A stretch of 32,000 bases of DNA from Candidatus Heimdallarchaeota archaeon (lineage in GTDB: Archaea > Asgardarchaeota > Heimdallarchaeia > Heimdallarchaeales > Kariarchaeaceae), in assembly GCA_030149205.1 (NCBI GenBank), contig JASBSB010000004.1, positions 1 to 32,000 on the forward strand, given 5' to 3'. Positions 26,680-32,000 of this stretch are shown one piece after another. The notes beneath the pieces are model-generated. The model worked only from the letters and a program-made list of their open reading frames with translations, was not told where the DNA came from and searched no databases. How positions within the stretch are numbered: position 1 is the stretch's first letter; each line of letters begins with the position of its first letter. Made by a program: the position numbers and the translations under genes.

Positions 26680-27772
26680 GGTAATAAATCGCCAAACCTA
26701 TGAAAACCATGCTCAAACTGAAGAATAAAGGGATATAAACTTTAAAAACCCCTTTTGTAGGCGTACCTACACCAGATCCAATCTTCATGAATAATGATGG
26801 AAGCTTCCCTAAAAGAATGCCTATTACAGCAACTGCTACATCAATTGCACCGTCTGGTCCCTTTTCATACACATCAAGTAAGTTGGGAGCCACTGATAAA
26901 AATCCAAGTAATGCAAGGATATAAATTGTATATCTACTTAAACCACCCAAAGAGTATGCCGTAACCCTTATCAGTTTTTCTAAGTGACCGATATTTGAGA
27001 ATAATTTGCTAACAAACCCAATGTGATTTTTAGTCTCATAATTCCTTTTCATTTCATGGGCTAATTCAAAGGTTGATTGTAACAAAGCTAATCCAAGTGT
27101 CAGATAGAGAAGCAATTTTCTGAAAACAACTATTTCTTTTGCTTTCTTTGTTGTTCCAGTAAGCTTTCCCTCAATAACCATGGCAACAATTACAGCAGCC
27201 AGCATAGCACCGTTAACTATCAAATAAGATTGAAGAGAAGGTGTTCGTCCTAAGGTTGATAAAAGAATTGAAAAGAGCAACATAAACCCTCCCCAAACCC
27301 CAATTAATGCAAGTGTATCTCCTAGAGCATCTGAATCGACTGGCTTTAGGGAAAGTGTTTCAAATCTTACTTGAAGACTTGAGATTGGGCTTCCTATCTT
27401 TAAAATCTTCTGGTTAAAAATAAAAAAGAAATTTTGGATGTCAAAGGTAATAGTCAGATTTAGTAAATTTTTGTTCTGCTTGGAGATGATAATTGAATCT
27501 CCTAGTCTTGTGATTAAAGTCCTATCCTGAAAACTTTTAATGGAAAAAATAGCAAAGAGTGTGCTTAGAATGATTTCTTTCAAAGATAAATGAAGTGCTA
27601 ATACTATTGCTTTCATCACATTTTCCCCAGCCGCATTGATTCCATCGACAGTGATGCTATCATGGATGGAATATTCGCTAATTTTGGTAAAAATGAACTG
27701 GTATGAACTCCCTAAAGTAAACACTTGCTGATGGGCACAGGGATACACAAACTGATTATTCCTTACTATCAT
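26639..27772 (-). CDS. Orphan module D: leader + diverged core block + ~6-TM tip
   Basis: IHDSITVDGINAAGENV aligns to IKDGVTVDGVKEAGEFI of the main gene. Alternative start is the GTG at 27748. Confidence 0.8.
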   Translation of the reverse strand: MIVRNNQFVYPCAHQQVFTLGSSYQFIFTKISEYSIHDSITVDGINAAGENVMKAIVLALHLSLKEIILSTLFAIFSIKSFQDRTLITRLGDSIIISKQNKNLLNLTITFDIQNFFFIFNQKILKIGSPISSLQVRFETLSLKPVDSDALGDTLALIGVWGGFMLLFSILLSTLGRTPSLQSYLIVNGAMLAAVIVAMVIEGKLTGTTKKAKEIVVFRKLLLYLTLGLALLQSTFELAHEMKRNYETKNHIGFVSKLFSNIGHLEKLIRVTAYSLGGLSRYTIYILALLGFLSVAPNLLDVYEKGPDGAIDVAVAVIGILLGKLPSLFMKIGSGVGTPTKGVFKVYIPLFFSLSMVFIGLAIYYLVQMLAGTESGWY

Positions 27773-27788
27773 TTAAGTTTATCGTACA
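27746..27788 (-). promoter_or_regulatory. Cassette-head motif copy D
   Basis: TGTACGATAAACTTAA + 24 nt + GTG. Confidence 0.65.
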
Positions 27789-27961
27789 TCCTTCATCAAA
27801 TCCTTTTCCTTGAGGTCATATAAATTTCTCATAATTAAAATTTTTGTACATTCCATTAGCGATTGAATTACAGAGCTCCAAAACCCAAAATTCAAGGTAA
27901 TACAGGTAATGAATGTTTGCACATAGGGAAGTCTGAAAGTGAAAATAATGATAACAGACAA
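27779..27961 (-). CDS. 60-aa ORF, probable gene remnant
   Basis: Ends VR* inside the cassette-head motif; starts at a TTG with no clear SD. Confidence 0.25.
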   Translation of the reverse strand: MSVIIIFTFRLPYVQTFITCITLNFGFWSSVIQSLMECTKILIMRNLYDLKEKDLMKDVR

Positions 27962-28017
27962 TAAAAACTCACAAGCTCAGACACATTTCCTTAGAATAGC
28001 CTTTATTCAACCAAAGT

Positions 28018-28740
28018 TCAGTTAGCCGGTGATCTCTTTTGAATTTCTTTTAGAAGTTTTTTTCTGTAATTACTCTGTTTGAAACGTTTCCCTGATACAA
28101 AGGGAATGAATGCGGTCAAATGATCTGGCCAGGCATCTAACATATCCTCAGTTATGTAAAGGTTCAATGAAGAGGGTAGCAGAGCAATTATTACGCATAT
28201 CACAAAAAAAAATCCCTGTATTCCTTCAAAGGGTAGGAAACCGTATGTGTTGCCAATGATAAAAAAGTTCCACCAGATGATTGAGGTCTCTGAAAATTGT
28301 GATAAAATGAGAGCAGGGTTAGACCTCTGATTTGAAAGAGGTGCTAACTTAAAGAGGATATATATAAATGCAAGATAAATAAGTAAATAATCAAAAAATA
28401 CAACAAGGAACAAAATCCTTAGATTAAAGAAAACTGAATAGATGATTGTGCCTACAATTACAACATTCATAAGTAACCATGAACTAAAGAATGTAAATTT
28501 ACTTTTGAAGGATGGTTGCTCAATAAGTTGGTAAACAGCAAATAACCGTCTCTGTGGCAAGAAATGAATGATTGTGAGCAAAATCAGCTCTGCTACCGAA
28601 ATAAGTGAAGTAACCCAAGATTCAAAATTAACACCTTGAAAGATAAATATGAAATTGATCACTAGGAGAAGTATAGCTACTACTATTAAGAGCAAAAGTG
28701 TCTTTATTCCAATTAATGGGGTTTCAAGTTCTTGTTTCAT
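28018..28740 (-). CDS. Multi-pass membrane protein, partner/immunity-like family II
   Basis: Paralog of 28987..29718 (FQG, IHF.PQRR, SQ.SE and AWPD.LTA..PF..GK); SD AGGTGA upstream. Confidence 0.75.
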   Translation of the reverse strand: MKQELETPLIGIKTLLLLIVVAILLLVINFIFIFQGVNFESWVTSLISVAELILLTIIHFLPQRRLFAVYQLIEQPSFKSKFTFFSSWLLMNVVIVGTIIYSVFFNLRILFLVVFFDYLLIYLAFIYILFKLAPLSNQRSNPALILSQFSETSIIWWNFFIIGNTYGFLPFEGIQGFFFVICVIIALLPSSLNLYITEDMLDAWPDHLTAFIPFVSGKRFKQSNYRKKLLKEIQKRSPAN

Positions 28741-28753
28741 TAGATCACCTAAA

Positions 28754-28912
28754 CTAATCTATTCCCTGATTTGATAGAATAAAGAATTCTAATACAAATA
28801 TACTCATGGTCTGCAGATTAATATAAATTGACCTGGAGGTATTGCATACTCCAATACCAAATGATTCTTGAAGGACACAACAGTACACAGAACTATTATC
28901 CAATGGCATCAT
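28754..28912 (-). pseudogene. Collapsed module F: leader peptide only (52 codons, not in the ORF track)
   Basis: Reads MMPLDNSSVYCCVLQESFGIGVCNTSRSIYINLQTMSIF..., compared with module C MVLMYIRYVYHCLHQKSFGIGTHSSFSFTCVNQQGI. Confidence 0.7.
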
Positions 28913-28928
28913 ATAAATTTATCTCATA
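28886..28928 (-). promoter_or_regulatory. Cassette-head motif copy F (diverged)
   Basis: TATGAGATAAATTTATATG matches 15/19 positions of the consensus, with GTG at the same 24-nt offset. Confidence 0.55.
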
Positions 28929-28986
28929 AATTTCACAATTCTGTTCAACTCAGATGAGAAGGAGCAAAGTATCAATGTCGAAGAGA

Positions 28987-29718
28987 CTAGTGATTCTCAA
29001 TAAATCGCGAAAATTTATCAACCTCAATTAAATTTGCCTCTCTCTTTAGCTCCTTTCCTGTGTGAAATGGTAACAATGCAGTAAGTTTGTCTGGCCATGC
29101 TTTCATCATATCTTTTGACAGCCAGATTCTTCCAAGCAAGGCTGCAAGTATAAAGACAAACAAATAGAGAAGAAACACATAAACTGACAAAGTTCTTTCT
29201 AGATAATTTTTAAATATATCTCGAAATGTGAGACTTAAGATACTGAAATTTACCAGATGAAGAAATACTTCACTAAGCTGTGAAAATGAAATAAGTAATT
29301 TAAATTTAAGTGGTCTTATAGAACTCAGAGTCCAAAGTACAAAGAGAAGATAACCACTTAAAAACATTGGGAAATTAAATAAATAAAGTAGTGTGGAACC
29401 ACTGATTATTGAATAGAAAAGCACCATAACAAATAACATATTAGGCAGAGCCCAAAAAGTGACAAAAAGTATCTTATGTTGTTTATCCTTCTTCAGGTTG
29501 GTGAAAAGTTGATAAAGAATAATAACACGTCTTTGTGGAAAAAAATGAATGAATACCAAAATGCCTATGACTATTAATGAAATTATACTCTCGAACAAAT
29601 TTTTGAAAGATATTCCCTGAAACACAAAAATTACTACAAAGATAAAAAAAAGGGTTATAGATGCAAATTCTAAAAATATCCTAGTGCCATTCATTCTTGA
29701 GTCTGAGGTATTAGACAT
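28987..29718 (-). CDS. Multi-pass membrane protein, partner/immunity-like family II
   Basis: Paralog of 28018..28740; starts 8 nt after the stop of 29727..30191; SD AGGTGA. Confidence 0.75.
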   Translation of the reverse strand: MSNTSDSRMNGTRIFLEFASITLFFIFVVIFVFQGISFKNLFESIISLIVIGILVFIHFFPQRRVIILYQLFTNLKKDKQHKILFVTFWALPNMLFVMVLFYSIISGSTLLYLFNFPMFLSGYLLFVLWTLSSIRPLKFKLLISFSQLSEVFLHLVNFSILSLTFRDIFKNYLERTLSVYVFLLYLFVFILAALLGRIWLSKDMMKAWPDKLTALLPFHTGKELKREANLIEVDKFSRFIENH

Positions 29719-29726
29719 TTTATCAC

Positions 29727-30191
29727 CTAAAAAATACTCTTTGCAATTTTTATTGCAAAAAGATTCGATATTAAGAAATGTATTAATGCCATAACTAACA
29801 AAAATGCATAAAATGGTACAAGCTGTGTTAATTTCGCCAAGATTGAAAGTTCAGCTGTTGCTGTTGCCTCAGCAACTGTTTTCCAAAGAATTGATGAATA
29901 GAGGACAATCATAATTGGTAAAATAATCCATCCCTCTTTGAACCACTCTGGTAATTGATACAAGGGGTCTTGGGTTGGACTATAGGTATCACTCATAATA
30001 AAAGAAAGAGCAGCTCCAAAAAACATTCCACCCAAACCAGTCAAATATTTGGATGCAGAGGTAACTGGGAGTACTAAACCAGATATGAAACTCATTACAT
30101 CTATAAGAGCATATGAGATATCTATAGGTGTCGTATTGGACTCTGGTATTCTGGTGGTTTCTGCTGAAAATTCGTTGAAGTGTAAAAACAC
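29727..30191 (-). CDS. Orphan tip fragment (G/A/T-rich hydrophobic), probably 5'-truncated
   Basis: Contains TGLGGMFFGAALS; its C-terminal VPF...IHFLISNLFAI parallels module C VPF..IHLAMGVWFAI; no SD and no core block. Confidence 0.55.
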   Translation of the reverse strand: MFLHFNEFSAETTRIPESNTTPIDISYALIDVMSFISGLVLPVTSASKYLTGLGGMFFGAALSFIMSDTYSPTQDPLYQLPEWFKEGWIILPIMIVLYSSILWKTVAEATATAELSILAKLTQLVPFYAFLLVMALIHFLISNLFAIKIAKSIF

Positions 30192-30308
30192 TAATGATTT
30201 TCTATTAAAATATTTTTTTTAAGCAGAAGGTCTGGGTCGTTCTAAGATTTTCAGTAGAAAAAAAGATCGTTAAACCAATGTTTTTAATATCGTTAAAATT
30301 ATCTATTC

Positions 30309-30929
30309 TTAAATTGAGGGGACAAATCTAACTACAATAAAATACATCGAAAAATAAATTAAATGTATCCAAAGATAGTTACTAATCTCAAATTCTGGGT
30401 ACTTAGATGAAACGAACTCCCAGAGTAAAAATCCAGGGTATTTTGATCTTATACATCCCACAGCTTCCCTTTCAATATTGCTTTGAATGTAATTGCCAAA
30501 GAAACGATAGCCTAATGCTAAGATGGCTGTAAAAGGTAACCAAAAAAAACTAAGAGCTGGTAAAACGATAACATTCCCTAGTGATATCAGATTATTAAGA
30601 ATATTAGAAAAATACAACCAAAACAAAACAATGACAGGAAGGTAAACAAAGATTAGGTGAAAACTTACAAAACCGAAGAATTTTCCACGAGTGCTCACTT
30701 CACACTTTATTACCTCCAAGTATCCCAAACTCTTGTTAACCAGAAACAATAGAAAAAAAAGACTAATAGACAACAGGATAAAAATCGCAGTCAAAGTAAA
30801 TTGTTTGTTATAATTCACACCTTGATCATTTTGAAACAACTCAGTCAACAATCTAAGGAATATTACAATCGCTATTGTTAGCTCTACAATCAACGTGCTA
30901 CCTAAAATAATAATTCTTTGTGAATTCAT
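30309..30929 (-). CDS. Multi-pass membrane protein, candidate cognate immunity protein of the main gene
   Basis: Its ATG directly abuts the main gene's stop (TAAATG); about 5 TM segments. Confidence 0.7.
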   Translation of the reverse strand: MNSQRIIILGSTLIVELTIAIVIFLRLLTELFQNDQGVNYNKQFTLTAIFILLSISLFFLLFLVNKSLGYLEVIKCEVSTRGKFFGFVSFHLIFVYLPVIVLFWLYFSNILNNLISLGNVIVLPALSFFWLPFTAILALGYRFFGNYIQSNIEREAVGCIRSKYPGFLLWEFVSSKYPEFEISNYLWIHLIYFSMYFIVVRFVPSI

Positions 30930-32000
30930 TTAAACTTGGACATCTCCTGCAATCAGTCTGTAGACAATTACTAACAAATAGTGGTAATAAATCATTAAAG
31001 TGAAGTAACTAAATAGGTCCGGGATCAAACTTATTGTCATAAATGAGGTGACAAACCCAGAACCAACATCTGCAGATAAGCGTATAGCTATTGGTGTTAA
31101 ATACACGATAAGTGTTGTGATTATTCCAGGTAGTATCTTACTTGAAGCCCAACTGGGAAATAGATTAGAAATTGTACCCTCAGGATTTGCAAGGAAGGGA
31201 ATTAGATTCGACAGTAAATAGCCCCCTATTTTTGCTAAAGATGGTGCCATAGTTAATCCCAATATTCCAAATGAGCTCGCAAGTAAGAGCTGTAACAGAG
31301 CTAATGCGACAACACTTCCGCGGTGATAATATGCCATCCATCTTGCTTCCTCTGGTGATATTTGAATTATGTAAAATAAATTCAACAATGTCTGAGTGAC
31401 AATTGAGACAAGACCAATTCTCTTTGCCTCAAGTGAAATCGGGGTAAGACCATAACCTGATGGCTTTGATGGTGCAACTAGCATGGAAAAGGCTAAAAAT
31501 TCAATTACTAAGTTCAAGGCAAAGAATACAAAGGAATTAATCTGTGGATTTACACCTAATGTCTCTGGTAGCTCTATTCTAGGAAACAAATAAGGTGTAA
31601 GAATACGAAATTCTTCAACACCATCAAAGTTTAAAACCAAATCTAGAGGAGGGGTAATATCCATCTTGATAAAACGAGTTATTCCAGCAAATGTTATTAT
31701 ACCCCCATTACTTTGAGTTGCCACATTTATTGAATACTGAGCGCTGATGGTGTAAAATATGGTGTGTAACAGATTAATAAAAAAACTTTTGACATCTTCT
31801 ACAATTGGTAGGAGTATATTGTTGGCGATGAACTCTCCAGCCTCCTTTACCCCGTCGACGGTGACGCCGTCCTTGATGGTCTGTAGGGCTCTGACTGTGA
31901 AGGTGAAGAACTGGCTCAGCGCTTCCACCAGGGTCGCCCCAGGCTTGCCGATCAGCCCCATCACCCACAGGTTCTGCTGCCAGTTGTCATCCTCATCAAT
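30930..32000 (-). CDS. C-terminal part of a large protein (open to the window edge): GC-rich conserved core + AT-rich hydrophobic tip; putative polymorphic membrane toxin
   Basis: The frame stays open upstream of 31964 (IDEDDNWQQNLWVMG...). GC is 106/180 over 31821-32000 versus 39/120 over 31681-31800. The tip has about 6 TM segments. Confidence 0.75.
   Translation of the reverse strand: MDEDDNWQQNLWVMGLIGKPGATLVEALSQFFTFTVRALQTIKDGVTVDGVKEAGEFIANNILLPIVEDVKSFFINLLHTIFYTISAQYSINVATQSNGGIITFAGITRFIKMDITPPLDLVLNFDGVEEFRILTPYLFPRIELPETLGVNPQINSFVFFALNLVIEFLAFSMLVAPSKPSGYGLTPISLEAKRIGLVSIVTQTLLNLFYIIQISPEEARWMAYYHRGSVVALALLQLLLASSFGILGLTMAPSLAKIGGYLLSNLIPFLANPEGTISNLFPSWASSKILPGIITTLIVYLTPIAIRLSADVGSGFVTSFMTISLIPDLFSYFTLMIYYHYLLVIVYRLIAGDVQV

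Noticed and set aside
17324-28928. Integron attC or Xer/dif site as the identity of the cassette-head motif
   Set aside because: There is no conserved inverted-repeat symmetry across copies and no recombinase in the window; kept only as an alternative hypothesis.
25424-31968. ORFs 25424..25672, 25476..25754 and 31774..31968
   Set aside because: They are alternative-frame or antisense reads of the GC-rich core blocks, where stop codons are depleted.
17079-32000. Diversity-generating retroelement TR/VR pairs
   Set aside because: Differences between blocks are not adenine-specific and include indels; no reverse transcriptase is present.

Overview
AT-rich (roughly one-third GC) archaeal DNA, most likely from an Asgard archaeon (inference from longin-like, PCI and PARP-type zinc-finger domains, archaeal BRE/TATA promoters and a heme A synthase). 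Bases 1-15100 are mostly housekeeping genes: cdd, a DinB-like protein, a class I/II aminotransferase, a CofD-like/PCI fusion, a longin-wHTH plus MinD/ParA pair, a half-size CtaA, a LigB/MEMO-like protein, RusA, cystathionine beta-synthase, DegV and a zfPARP-OB-zfPARP protein. This half also holds a GC-rich structured non-coding stretch at the left edge and a 32-bp tandem repeat. Bases ~15350-32000 are a single-strand (minus) array of about 20 membrane-protein genes and remnants organised like a polymorphic toxin/immunity locus. A large gene enters from the right edge with a GC-rich (~59%) conserved core that switches abruptly to an AT-rich hydrophobic C-terminal tip. Four downstream orphan modules reuse pieces of that core in front of different tips (one has no tip), each followed by tightly coupled multi-pass membrane genes. 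Three features stand out. (i) A 43-bp BRE/TATA-like motif with an invariant GTG and a conserved YxCxHQ peptide heads five cassettes. (ii) One tip is a clear paralog of the gene directly downstream of it. (iii) Two partner families occur in multiple copies. The N-terminus of the main gene lies outside the window, so the delivery route cannot be seen. All alignments and counts were done by eye.
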